A stretch of 64,000 nt of DNA from Acidobacteriota bacterium (GCA_965209055.1 OZ242374.1:3584001-3648000), one strand, 5' to 3'; counted from the first letter of the stretch, positions 9,780 through 19,179 are shown. Numbers and translations are program-made. The notes: a model not told the origin generated them from the sequence alone.

Positions 9780-10780
9780 GATTCCGGTGAAGGATCGTTT
9801 ACTGGGAGCTTCGCTGCCTGAATCCGGCCGAGGACCAGATCGTAGAGGGCCGGGACCGTCGCCGCGTGGTTCCCCTGGACGTAGAAGCTCTCCCCGCCGT
9901 CGGCCACGGTTCGTACCAGGATGGTCTTGAAAGGCCTGAAGTAATACCTGGGGTCCGACTTGCCGGCCTCCCGGGAGGTGTCCCCCAGGGGAACCAGGTC
10001 GAAGACGGCCGTGGTGAAACGGGCGATGCGCCGGCCTTCCGGGTGAGCCACGTTGCGGGCCATGGCCAGGGCCTTCAGGTAGATCTCGGGTCCCATGACG
10101 GCCGATCCGATATTGAGAAAGACTCCACCTTCGAGGCGGGTCACCGACTCGGTGAAGATCAGGAAGTCGGTGTAGGAGGCCGCCCCGGTTGCGGCTCCGT
10201 CGAATCCCGGGTGCTGGTGGATGATGTCCTGGCCGATGGAGACGTGGACCGTAGCCGGGATCTGCAGCCGGTAGGCCGCGGCCAGGACGCTCTCCTGCCG
10301 GTAGGGGAAGGACTCCTCCTGGATCATCCGGCCCACCGCCTCCCCCAGGCCGATCCCGTCCCGAGCCGCGGCTGACGCCGCCTCGTTGATCCGCCCGGTC
10401 TCGCGCCAGAGACCGAACTGCCCTTCGGCCACGTAGCGGGCCACGCTCTCGCAGGTCTCCCCCACCAGCGCCAGTTCGAAATCGTGAATGGCGCCGGCGC
10501 CGTTGAGGGCCAGGTGGCCCAGGATTCCCCGCTCCATGAGATCGATGAGCAGCGGGGCGTTGCCCTCCCGCAGGACATGCGCGCCGCAGGCGAAAATGAC
10601 GGATCGGTCCGTCCGAGAGGCTTCCACGATCCGCTTGGCCAGCAGGGGCAGCGCCGGATGCTCGAAAGGTTCTCGACTTCCCTCCGGCTTCTTCGACACG
10701 TCCGCCGCCTTCAGGTCGTGGGTCCGCCGGCTCAGGGGCAGAAGGCGCAGGCGGCTGCGGTCGAATTGAGGGAAGGGCAT
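9776..10780 (-). CDS. Deoxyhypusine-synthase-like fold protein (GSU2086-like), function unknown
   Basis: GAHVLR, ALNGAGAIHDFE, IPATVHVSIGQDIIHQHP and LNIGSAVMGPEIYLKAL resemble DHS-fold segments. Confidence 0.65.
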   Translation of the reverse strand: MPFPQFDRSRLRLLPLSRRTHDLKAADVSKKPEGSREPFEHPALPLLAKRIVEASRTDRSVIFACGAHVLREGNAPLLIDLMERGILGHLALNGAGAIHDFELALVGETCESVARYVAEGQFGLWRETGRINEAASAAARDGIGLGEAVGRMIQEESFPYRQESVLAAAYRLQIPATVHVSIGQDIIHQHPGFDGAATGAASYTDFLIFTESVTRLEGGVFLNIGSAVMGPEIYLKALAMARNVAHPEGRRIARFTTAVFDLVPLGDTSREAGKSDPRYYFRPFKTILVRTVADGGESFYVQGNHAATVPALYDLVLGRIQAAKLPVNDPSPES

Positions 10781-11638
10781 TCACGTTCGCTGGAACAGGC
10801 AGCGGATGAGGACCTTCCAGTCCCGGAAGTCGGGCACCAACAGGTCGGCGCCCGCCGCGCTCAACCGTGTTCGTTTCCAGGGGTCGGGAGCCCCGCCCGG
10901 ATTGGCTTCGTCAGTGGCCAGCGCAACGGCGACGCCGCCGCACGACTTTACGTTTTCGATCTCCACGTAACCGTCGCCGAAGCCCACCAACGAGGCGCCT
11001 TCGATCCGGTTTTCCCGGAGGATTCGTTGGATGACCATTCGCTTGGAGTGGTTCGCGTAGTCTTCCCGGGCGCCGTAGATGTGGCCATCGAAAAATCCGT
11101 CCAGCTCCAGGAGACGGGCTTCTTCCCGGACGTACTGCTCATCGGTGCCGCTGGCCAGGTAGAGCTGGACTCCATGCTCCCGGAGGGCGCGCAGCATCTG
11201 AACCGATCCCGGAACCAGGTAGTCGGCGGGGTGGGCCTCGCCGGTGCGCAGGCGCCGGCGCCGGTGACGGATCTTCTCCATCAGAAGGTCCAGGTAACGG
11301 CTCTTGTAGTCCTGAGGATCGGCAGGTGCGCCCCCCCTTTTCCCCAGCTCCTCCGCCAGCCGGATCATCTGGTAAATGGTCTGGCGTCCCGTCAGCTCGG
11401 TGACGAAGTCGGTCACCACACTTTCCAGCTCCTCATCGCTTTCGCCGGTGCCGCTCTCCTTCAGGATGTCCACCATCATGGGGATCATGATCTGGGGCCA
11501 ACCTTCGCGGATCAGGCTGAGCGTGCCGTCGAAGTCGAAGAGGGCGCAACGGGGGGGCCGGGTCCGGGACACGTCCCGGAACACCTCGACGGTGGAGGCG
11601 TCCAGAAAACCCGGTGTCGCAGGAGTCGTCAGCGCCAT
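10781..11638 (-). CDS. HAD-family phosphatase/hydrolase
   Basis: Motif I FDFDGTLS, motif II LASGT, motif IV GFGDGYVE. Confidence 0.88.
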   Translation of the reverse strand: MALTTPATPGFLDASTVEVFRDVSRTRPPRCALFDFDGTLSLIREGWPQIMIPMMVDILKESGTGESDEELESVVTDFVTELTGRQTIYQMIRLAEELGKRGGAPADPQDYKSRYLDLLMEKIRHRRRRLRTGEAHPADYLVPGSVQMLRALREHGVQLYLASGTDEQYVREEARLLELDGFFDGHIYGAREDYANHSKRMVIQRILRENRIEGASLVGFGDGYVEIENVKSCGGVAVALATDEANPGGAPDPWKRTRLSAAGADLLVPDFRDWKVLIRCLFQRT

Positions 11639-11787
11639 AATGAAGAAAAGGATACCGTCAAAGACCAGCGGATGCGAACTTGGCAACCGCTGATTTCGAC
11701 CTGGAAGGGGACGAGCGAAACCGCTGTCTGGCAGCGGTTGGCGGAGCCCTTGTGAGGCGCCTCCGACTGGGCTATGGTGATCCGGCG

Positions 11788-12285
11788 ATGGGTCGAAAGA
11801 CGGACGAAGACCGGAGCTGGCGGGGTAAGGTCGGGAAGCTGTCCCCGGAGGAACTGGAGGAGTTCCTGTCCGGAGACCCCATTTGCCGGCTCGGTTGTCT
11901 CGACCGGGAGGGATGGCCTTATGTGGTGCCGTGCTGGTTCGAGTACAGTGACGGCGGCTTCTACATCATTCCACGAGCCCGTTCCGCCTGGGCCAGGCAC
12001 ATTCAACGGGAATCCCGGGTGTTTCTGTGCATCGACGACTCCACCCGCTACAATCGGAGGGTCCTGGTACGGGGCGAGGCCGAGGTCCTGGAAGAGCCCA
12101 ACGTCGGCGGCAGATGGGTCGAGATCGCCCGCAGAATGTCACTGCGCTATCTGGGACACCGGGGACCGGACTATCTGGTTCCGACTCTGAATGAGCCCCG
12201 GTGGCTGTTGTTCGTCCGGCCCCGAAAGCTCATGAGCTGGCAAGGGGTCGATTGGGCCAAGCGATACAAGCACGGCAAATGGTAG
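11788..12285 (+). CDS. Pyridoxamine-5'-phosphate oxidase family (split-barrel flavin/F420-binding) protein
   Basis: RLGCLDREGWPYVVPCWF, RVFLCID, RVLVRGEAEV, LMSW. Confidence 0.85.
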   Translation: MGRKTDEDRSWRGKVGKLSPEELEEFLSGDPICRLGCLDREGWPYVVPCWFEYSDGGFYIIPRARSAWARHIQRESRVFLCIDDSTRYNRRVLVRGEAEVLEEPNVGGRWVEIARRMSLRYLGHRGPDYLVPTLNEPRWLLFVRPRKLMSWQGVDWAKRYKHGKW

Positions 12286-12321
12286 CGGCCGCGGGCCGCC
12301 GCCGGCCGCAACGTTTTTTTT
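12285..12321 (+). terminator. Putative intrinsic terminator
   Basis: GCGGCCG...CGGCCGC stem followed by AACG and T8, directly after the stop codon. Confidence 0.6.
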
Positions 12322-12357
12322 GGTGCTGATGTTGGATTATTTCAGGAGGGCGCTCTG

Positions 12358-12543
12358 ATGGCTGGACCCAAGGTCGAAGCAATTTATCAATTGAATCCGA
12401 ATCACGTGGACTGGCTCAAGCAGATGGCCGACAAGTACGATCTGGGAGATCAGGACAAGGCTCTGCGGGTGGTCATCGACTTCGTGCTGACCGAGGCCGA
12501 CGAATCGACGGTCTTCGAAGACATCCGCTGCCTCTACTGCTGA
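12358..12543 (+). CDS. Small hypothetical protein (ribbon-helix-helix-like) ending in CxxC
   Basis: AGGAGG RBS, 61 aa, DKALRVVIDF helix, C-terminal RCLYC. Confidence 0.7.
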   Translation: MAGPKVEAIYQLNPNHVDWLKQMADKYDLGDQDKALRVVIDFVLTEADESTVFEDIRCLYC

Positions 12544-12559
12544 TCAGTTTTCCGGGCTG

Positions 12560-14311
12560 CTAGCGCCGGCCGCGGCGCCGCTTCCGAGCCACCTTTTTCC
12601 GGGATTTCCGGATCTTGGCCCAAGCGTCCCGCAGGGTCACGGTGCGATTGAAGACCAGCCGCCCGGGAGACGAATCCTCCGAATCCACGCAGAAATACCC
12701 CAGCCGTTCGAACTGCACCCGCCGCCCACCCTGGGCATCGACGAGGCTGGGCTCTAATTTACAGTTCTCGAGCACCTTTAGAGAGTCGGGGTTGAGGTTC
12801 GAGATGAAGTCTGAACCGGCGCCGGCGTCGTAGGGGTTGTCCTTGGTGAACAGGCTGTCGTAAAGGCGAACCTGAGCGTTCACGGCGTGGGCGGCGGAGA
12901 CCCAGTGCAAAGTGGCTTTGACCCGTCGTCCGTCGGGCGCATCTCCTCCCCGCGTTGCCGGGTCGTAGGTGCAGCGCAACTCCACAACTCGTCCCTCGTC
13001 GTCCTTGACGACGCCGACGCAGGTGATGAAGTAGGCGTAACGCAGTCGGACCTCGCGTCCGGGGGCCAGCCGGAAGAACCTGCGGGGCGGGTCCTCCATG
13101 AAGTCCTCCCGCTCCAGGTAGAGGACTCGTGAGAAGGGGACCTTCCGGACGCCCGCCTCGGGACACTCGGGATTATTGATGGCCGTCAACTCCTCCGCCT
13201 GGCCGGGAGGATAGTTTTCGATGACCACCCGGAGCGGACGGAGCACGCCCATGACCCGGGGGGACGTCCGGTTCAGATGTTGACGGAGGCTGTGCTCCAG
13301 CATCTGCGCCTCCACGATACTGTCTTTCTTGGAGACCCCGACCTTGGCGCAGAAGTCCCGGATCGCTTCCGGCGTGTAGCCCCGGCGGCGCATCCCCGAC
13401 AGCGTCGGCATGCGGGGATCGTTCCAGCCGCTCACGTAGCCCTCCTTCACCAGCCGGGAGAGTTTTCGCTTGCTCAAGATGGTCTTGGTGATGTTGAGGC
13501 GAGCGAACTCGATCTGCTGGGAGCGGTAGATTCCCAGGTTCTCCAGAAACCAGTCGTAAAGGGGACGATGGTCTTCGAACTCCAGGGTGCAGATGGAATG
13601 AGTCACCTTCTCGAGGGAGTCGGACTGGCCGTGGGCGAAGTCATAGGTCGGGTAGATGCACCATTTGTCTCCCGTTCGGGGGTGGGAGGCATGGAGGATC
13701 CGGTACATGACCGGGTCTCGAAGGTTCAAGTTGCCTGAAGCCATGTCGATGCGGGCCCGGAGCACGTGCGTGCCGTTGGGAAACTCCCCATTCCTCATCC
13801 GTTCGAAGAGGTCCAGGTTCTCTTCCACCGTCCGATCCCGATAGGGGCTGTTGCGGCCCGGCTCGGTGAGAGTGCCCCGGAATTCCCGGATCTGGGTGGC
13901 GGTGAGGCTGTCCACATACGCCTTGCCGTCCCGAATGAGTTGACAGGCGAATTCGTAGAGCTGCTCGAAATAGTCCGAGGCGTGGTAGAGGCGGTCCCCC
14001 CAGTCGAAGCCGAGCCAGCGCACGTCTTCGAGGATGCTCACCATGTACTCCCGCTCCTCCTTCGTGGGATTGGTGTCGTCGAAGCGCATATTGCAGAGAC
14101 CCCCGTACTCTTCGGCCAATCCGAAGTCGAGGCAGATGGCCTTGGCGTGCCCGATATGGAGGTAGCCGTTGGGCTCGGGAGGAAATCGGGTCTGGACGCG
14201 GCCCTGAAAGCGCCCAGTCTTCAGGTCGTCCTCGAGAATCGCCCGGAGGAAGTCCAATGACCGGGACGGCCGGGAAGCTCCCGCCGCTTTGAGCTCCGTC
14301 TTTTTCGGCAT
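12560..14311 (-). CDS. glnS: Glutamine--tRNA ligase
   Basis: [49 protein letters not shown]. Confidence 0.98.
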   Translation of the reverse strand: MPKKTELKAAGASRPSRSLDFLRAILEDDLKTGRFQGRVQTRFPPEPNGYLHIGHAKAICLDFGLAEEYGGLCNMRFDDTNPTKEEREYMVSILEDVRWLGFDWGDRLYHASDYFEQLYEFACQLIRDGKAYVDSLTATQIREFRGTLTEPGRNSPYRDRTVEENLDLFERMRNGEFPNGTHVLRARIDMASGNLNLRDPVMYRILHASHPRTGDKWCIYPTYDFAHGQSDSLEKVTHSICTLEFEDHRPLYDWFLENLGIYRSQQIEFARLNITKTILSKRKLSRLVKEGYVSGWNDPRMPTLSGMRRRGYTPEAIRDFCAKVGVSKKDSIVEAQMLEHSLRQHLNRTSPRVMGVLRPLRVVIENYPPGQAEELTAINNPECPEAGVRKVPFSRVLYLEREDFMEDPPRRFFRLAPGREVRLRYAYFITCVGVVKDDEGRVVELRCTYDPATRGGDAPDGRRVKATLHWVSAAHAVNAQVRLYDSLFTKDNPYDAGAGSDFISNLNPDSLKVLENCKLEPSLVDAQGGRRVQFERLGYFCVDSEDSSPGRLVFNRTVTLRDAWAKIRKSRKKVARKRRRGRR

Positions 14312-14494
14312 TCGCCGATTCTAACCCGATTCGGCCAGCCATGGGCAAACGACCGGCGCCGGAGCAATCGACCCGGGGCGGCCGTTCCGGCTCGACATTT
14401 TCGCGTCGCGTTTTGCACCCGCTTGGACGTTATAGCGATTGGAGTTGTTGTCGAAAACCGGCGACTACAGAAACTTCTGGAAGGGAGGCAGACC

Positions 14495-14911
14495 ATGGAC
14501 TACAAGACGGAAGGTTGGGTATACGGCACGATGGTGTCGTGGGGCGTGATCTTCTTCATCGTGGGCGGAATGTACGGTTGCCCGAAATACAAGGTCTGGG
14601 AGCAGGGACTGGCCGGCGAGGCCAAGCTGCGGGAGTCTCAGTCCAGTCGCAAGGTGAGAGTGGAAGAGGCCAAGGCCAGGCTCGAATCGGCAAAGTTCGA
14701 AAGCCAGGCGGAGATCGAACGGGCCAAGGGAGTGGCGGAGGCCAACCGGATCATTGAGGACAGCCTCAAAGGGAACGAAGCCTACCTGAGATATCTCTGG
14801 ATTCAGGGACTCCAGGACGGCTCCAGCGAGACCATCTACATCCCCACCGAGGCGAATCTCCCGATCATGGAGGCGACACGGCGACGGGAATCGAGAAGGC
14901 CGACGGAGTAG
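14495..14911 (+). CDS. Small single-TM coiled-coil protein resembling the C-terminal part of SPFH/prohibitin ('membrane protease subunit') proteins
   Basis: TM segment then AEIERAKGVAEANRIIEDSL...YLRYLWI...YIPTEANLPIMEA. GGAGG RBS. Confidence 0.7.
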   Translation: MDYKTEGWVYGTMVSWGVIFFIVGGMYGCPKYKVWEQGLAGEAKLRESQSSRKVRVEEAKARLESAKFESQAEIERAKGVAEANRIIEDSLKGNEAYLRYLWIQGLQDGSSETIYIPTEANLPIMEATRRRESRRPTE

Positions 14912-15033
14912 AGAGAGGGGACTCTCTTCCCGGCACGTTGTCCATCCATTTCGCCGGCTGCGAGCGTTGCCGGGAATCTGACGGTTGATGGGCAATGGTA
15001 TAAATGCATGAGCAGAGCGGAGGATCAGGTCCG

Positions 15034-15270
15034 ATGTCCCATAGAGTCAACATTGTTGTTCAGGATGAAGCGTGGGACGTGTTGGCAAAGCTGCCTCGCG
15101 GCGAACGCAGTCGAGCCGTCAGTGTCGCGATTCTGGAATGGGTACGGCTGCGCAAACGTTTGGACGCCGCCGCCAAGATGGATGAGTTGCGCGCCACGAT
15201 GCCACCGGTCAGCACCGACGAAGTGGTCCGTTGGCTTCGACAAGACCGGGAGCGACGGCCATCAGCGTAG
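15034..15270 (+). CDS. Putative VapB-type antitoxin (RHH)
   Basis: 78 aa with N-terminal beta strand HRVNIVV and C-terminal EVVRWLRQDRER, directly upstream of a PIN toxin. Confidence 0.7.
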   Translation: MSHRVNIVVQDEAWDVLAKLPRGERSRAVSVAILEWVRLRKRLDAAAKMDELRATMPPVSTDEVVRWLRQDRERRPSA

Positions 15271-15686
15271 TCGTCCCTGACGCCTAGGTGCTGCTCAAGT
15301 GGGTCCTGCCCGGCGACGATGAGCCGGGCACCGCGTCTGCATTGTCGTTGCTTGACGAAGCCCGAGCCGGTGCCATTAAGTTGGCCGTCCCGCAACTCTG
15401 GCTCTATGAAGTGGGGAATACTCTGGTCCGCCGGTTCCCCGATCAGGCCAACGATCTTCTGACTTCGCTGGTCGATTTTCAGTTGACGGAAGTGCGGCCC
15501 GACGAACGTTGGCGGGAGCAAACCGTGGAACTTGCCATTGCCTACGGCGTCACGTTTTACGATGCTGCCTACCACGCGGTTGCATTGCTTCGAGACGGGA
15601 TATTCGTCACTGCAGATGAACGCTATATACGTCGAGCATCCGGTGGCGGCAATGTCGTGCTTCTTGGCCGCTGGAGTTCCGTGTGA
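15261..15686 (+). pseudogene. vapC: VapC PIN-domain toxin with in-frame amber stop and probable start-codon loss
   Basis: Frame reads ISVVVPDA*VLLKW...LWLYEVGN...TFYDAAYHAVA...VTADERY. TAG at 15285-15287 falls at the Ser of the conserved DAS motif, and ATC at 15261 sits where ATG is expected. Confidence 0.8.
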
Positions 15687-15701
15687 CGTCTCGACCAAGG
15701 A

Positions 15702-15969
15702 TCACCACGCTTCCCGCTTGGCCATTCGGCGTAGAGTACTGACGACTGAATCCGGTCGACTCACGTTGATTGCCGCGATATCCAATCGACGGGGGGATCC
15801 GGTCACGCGCCAACGTCTGAGGAATCCCTCCTTTTCCAATTCCTCAAGCCAGGGGTATAGAAGAAGGAGACGTTTGGCGTTGTATGCTTGGGCGCAGGCG
15901 AGTATCTGATAGATGTCGGATTGCCCAACATCAAGGGTCTCTTTGGATGTAAGTTCCTTCCACTTGGCG
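15702..15969 (-). pseudogene. mcrC: C-terminal remnant of McrC-like restriction subunit
   Basis: AKWK...QSDIYQILACAQAY...LLLLYP matches the McrC D(A/T)KWK...DxYQ..AY...LLYP signature. The N-terminal part is absent. Confidence 0.7.
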
Positions 15970-16098
15970 ACGAAGCGGGACATCCTTGAGATCAAGGCCG
16001 AAGTGGCCGAGGAGTTCAAGACTCTCTACCGCTGGCTCTGGGTCATGGCTGCCGGCATCGTGACGCTGGTGCTCACTCTTGGCAAACTCGTTTTCTAG
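15961..16098 (+). pseudogene. C-terminal remnant of DUF1640/CCDC90-like coiled-coil membrane-anchor protein
   Basis: HLATKRDILEIKAE heptads followed by a C-terminal TM (WLWVMAAGIVTLVLTL). No credible own start. Confidence 0.55.
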
Positions 16099-16187
16099 TT
16101 TGTGAAACGAAAGGGGGAGCCCTCTCAAGGGGTGCCCCGACTTCATCCTGGTGAATGGATGTGCCATGCTGAGGGGGGAGGTTCAAC

Positions 16188-17297
16188 ATGAAGGCAGGCG
16201 CCAGCGCGGAATTGACACCAAAACAAGTTCAGACGGCGAGAACTTCGTCCTACCGATGGGACCGGTGGGGGCGGCGCTCCTTCCTGGCGGCTGCGGCGGC
16301 CTCGGTTCCCGTCCTGGGCCGGGAATATGGTCCCTCGGCGCAGCCGGTGCGCTATCCGGATCCCGACATCGTGGTGCTGGACCAACGCTTCGCCCGCTAC
16401 AAGTTGGGGAATACCCCCATCCAGCGTCTTTACACCGGAACCCTTTGGGCGGAGGGGCCCGCCTGGAGCGGGGTGGGGCGCTACCTGGTCTGGAGCGACA
16501 TTCCCAACAACCGCCAACTGCGCTGGCTGGACGAGGACGGACACGTGAGCGTCTTCCGGTCCCCCTCGGGCAACAGCAACGGGAACACGTTCGACTACCA
16601 GGGACGCCAGATCTCCTGCGAGCACGGCACCCGGAGGGTGGTCCGCTACGAGCCGGACGGCACGGCGACGGTGCTGGCCGGCGAGTGGGAAGGGAAGCCG
16701 CTCAACGCACCCAACGACGCGGTGGTGCATCCGGACGACGGCGCCATCTGGTTCACCGATCCGGGATACGGCAGCCTCATGAACTATGAGGGGCACAAGG
16801 GAACGCTCCACGTCAAGGAAGCCGTCTACCGGATCGATGCCGTGAGCGGCCGGATGGACAAGGTGACCGATGAGATCTTCAAGCCCAACGGGATCTGCTT
16901 CTCTCCAGACTACAAGAAACTCTATGTGGCCGACACCGGCGCCTCCCACTACCCGGAGGCCCCCAAGAACATCAAGGTCTGGGACATCGTCGACGGGAAA
17001 CGCCTCTCCGGCGGCCGCGAGTTCACCTCCATGGAGTTGAACGGCAAGGCGGGATTCGCAGACGGGATCCGGGCGGACGTGGACGGCAACATCTGGGCCA
17101 GCGCCGGCTGGGTCGGAGACGGCTACGACGGAGTCCACATCTTCGCGCCGGACGGAGAACGCATCGGGCAGATCCGCCTTCCCGAGATCTGCGGCAACGT
17201 CTGCTTCGGCGGCCGGAAACGGAACCGCCTCTTCATGACCGCCAGCCAATCCCTCTACGCCGTTTACGTGGAGACCCAGGGCGCCCATATCTCCTGA
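16188..17297 (+). CDS. SMP-30/gluconolactonase family, Tat-exported
   Basis: RRSFLAAAAA leader, WAEGPAW, SNGNTFD, LNAPNDAVV, PNGICFSPD, ADGIRAD. Confidence 0.93.
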   Translation: MKAGASAELTPKQVQTARTSSYRWDRWGRRSFLAAAAASVPVLGREYGPSAQPVRYPDPDIVVLDQRFARYKLGNTPIQRLYTGTLWAEGPAWSGVGRYLVWSDIPNNRQLRWLDEDGHVSVFRSPSGNSNGNTFDYQGRQISCEHGTRRVVRYEPDGTATVLAGEWEGKPLNAPNDAVVHPDDGAIWFTDPGYGSLMNYEGHKGTLHVKEAVYRIDAVSGRMDKVTDEIFKPNGICFSPDYKKLYVADTGASHYPEAPKNIKVWDIVDGKRLSGGREFTSMELNGKAGFADGIRADVDGNIWASAGWVGDGYDGVHIFAPDGERIGQIRLPEICGNVCFGGRKRNRLFMTASQSLYAVYVETQGAHIS

Positions 17298-17310
17298 CGG
17301 CCGGGACTCA

Positions 17311-19179
17311 ATGCCCACGGTTCGGGTCGACCGGGAGCCGCCTTTCAAGCTCTCCATGACGGTGGACTTCTTCGGCGACGGGGGCCGGGGCCTCTACACG
17401 CCCCGCACCCTGGACCTGATGATGCGGGAGGCCCGCCGCCTGGGCGTCAGCCGGGTTTACTGGCAGTACCTGGGAGACCTGGAGCAGCACCGGTACGGCG
17501 CCGGGACCAACATGCTTCGCACCCCCTGGGCGAAGTACGGACCCCGCACGTTGGCGGCCGTCGGCGAGCCGCTGGAAGCCGCCGTGGGGGCGGCTCACCG
17601 GCGCGGGCTGGAGATCTTCGGTGTCCTGAAGCCCTACCACACCGGGATGTCGGCCACCTTTCCCGAAGGCTCTCCCGAATCGGATCCCGCCACCCCCATG
17701 AGCCGGATCGGGGGCAGCCTCCAGTGCTTCAACCCCTTCATGGAGCGGTTTCCCCACACCCGGCTTCAACGCCGTCCTCTCAAGGGTCCACCGGACCTTC
17801 AGTCCCTTCCCATCCGACAGATCCGCCTGGTCAAACGGGACGATTCCCCCACCCGGATCGGGGCCCGGCACCTGGAGATCTGGAGCAGTCCGGACAACTA
17901 CCGCTACCGGCGCCGGCGGGTGGGCTTCCGGCTCGAAAAGACGGTGGAGCCCTGCTTCCAGGAAATTCGAGACTATTACGGTCAAACCGTTACCAAAAAA
18001 GGAGATCCTGTCCGGGTTCTCAATCTCACCGGCCTCGATCTTCGAGATCGCTATCTGGTGTTGGCCACAGACTTCAAAGCGGGACCCGCCGACTTCGAGA
18101 ACACGGCTCTGGGAATGATCCAGGTCTTCGGTCCGGATCGCGAACCTCTGCCCATCGTCGTGGCCACCGGCGACGCCACCTGGGTTCGGCCGCGCGACTT
18201 CCGGACTTACGGTCTGGAGTTCGACTCGGGTTACGGCACCCGCCGGTTCCATCTGGATGGCGTTCGCCGACCGGGCGCCGAAGGGACGACGCCGAAGGGA
18301 TCGCAGACCAGTTCCTGGCATGAACACCGCGCCGAGCTGGGCCGGGGGGCCGGAGGCGGTTTCATTGCATTCGCCCGGGGCAAGAACGAGTATCTTCCGG
18401 CCGCGCCGTGCGAGTTCCATCCCGAGGTGCAGCGACTCTGGAACTGGCGGGTCAACCGCATGTTGGAGAAGGGGGTCGACGGCGTGGTGCTCCGGGTCTC
18501 GGCCCATGGAACCCTCACCGACGAGCCCTATGAGTACGGATTCAACCCGCCCGTAGTGGAGGCCTACCGTAAACGCTACGGTGTCGACATCAGGCGCGAA
18601 GACTTCGATCCGGACCTCCTGGGCGCTCTCCGGGGCGAGGCCTACACCCGATTCGTCCGCGACGCTAGCGCCATGACCCGGAGAGCCGGCAAGCTCTTCC
18701 AGGTGCAGGTCCATACCGAAGCCTTCCGCCCCGATCCCGTCTTCGGTCAGCTCATGGGTTTCCCGGCCAACGTCCACTTCGCCTGGCGTCAGTGGCTGGA
18801 AGAAGGGCTCGCCGACGCCGTGACCCTGAGATCCAGTTGGTACGAGGCCGCGGAGGATCCATTGGACGGAACTCCCGCCCGGAGGAGCAAGCTGACAAAC
18901 ATTCTGGCCGACCCGGTGGTCGCCGAGGTCCTGGAGTTGACGGAACGTCTGGCCCTGCCGGTCTACCTGAACCGGTACGTCGCTCGTGCCATCCCCATCG
19001 AGGAGTATGTCGGCGACATGGAGCGGATCTGGCGGGACCGCCGCTTCGCCGGCTTCGATCTCTACGAGTTTTTCCACCTGGCCCGCGCCACGTCCGACGG
19101 TGCGCGGCTGGTCCCGGTCCAGGATCGAATGCGCCGCATCCGGCGGAAGGCCAGGGAGCTGGGTCTGGTGGAGAATTGA
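17311..19179 (+). CDS. Hypothetical protein, glycoside-hydrolase-like TIM barrel with inserted domain
   Basis: LGVSRVYW, AVGAAHRRGLEIFG, GVDGVVLR and YGFNPPVVEAYRKRYGVD resemble GHL10/DUF187-like proteins. Confidence 0.55.
   Translation: MPTVRVDREPPFKLSMTVDFFGDGGRGLYTPRTLDLMMREARRLGVSRVYWQYLGDLEQHRYGAGTNMLRTPWAKYGPRTLAAVGEPLEAAVGAAHRRGLEIFGVLKPYHTGMSATFPEGSPESDPATPMSRIGGSLQCFNPFMERFPHTRLQRRPLKGPPDLQSLPIRQIRLVKRDDSPTRIGARHLEIWSSPDNYRYRRRRVGFRLEKTVEPCFQEIRDYYGQTVTKKGDPVRVLNLTGLDLRDRYLVLATDFKAGPADFENTALGMIQVFGPDREPLPIVVATGDATWVRPRDFRTYGLEFDSGYGTRRFHLDGVRRPGAEGTTPKGSQTSSWHEHRAELGRGAGGGFIAFARGKNEYLPAAPCEFHPEVQRLWNWRVNRMLEKGVDGVVLRVSAHGTLTDEPYEYGFNPPVVEAYRKRYGVDIRREDFDPDLLGALRGEAYTRFVRDASAMTRRAGKLFQVQVHTEAFRPDPVFGQLMGFPANVHFAWRQWLEEGLADAVTLRSSWYEAAEDPLDGTPARRSKLTNILADPVVAEVLELTERLALPVYLNRYVARAIPIEEYVGDMERIWRDRRFAGFDLYEFFHLARATSDGARLVPVQDRMRRIRRKARELGLVEN

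Noticed and set aside
9780-10784. 680-aa ORF suggesting a long N-terminal fusion on the PfkB kinase
   Set aside because: The extension is an alternative frame over the DHS-like gene with low-complexity Arg/Gly/Pro content. The real start is ATG 9779.
15285-15287. Amber codon in vapC as pyrrolysine or programmed readthrough
   Set aside because: It replaces a conserved Ser by a single base change, the start codon also looks mutated, other genes use TAG as a normal stop, and no pyl genes are seen.
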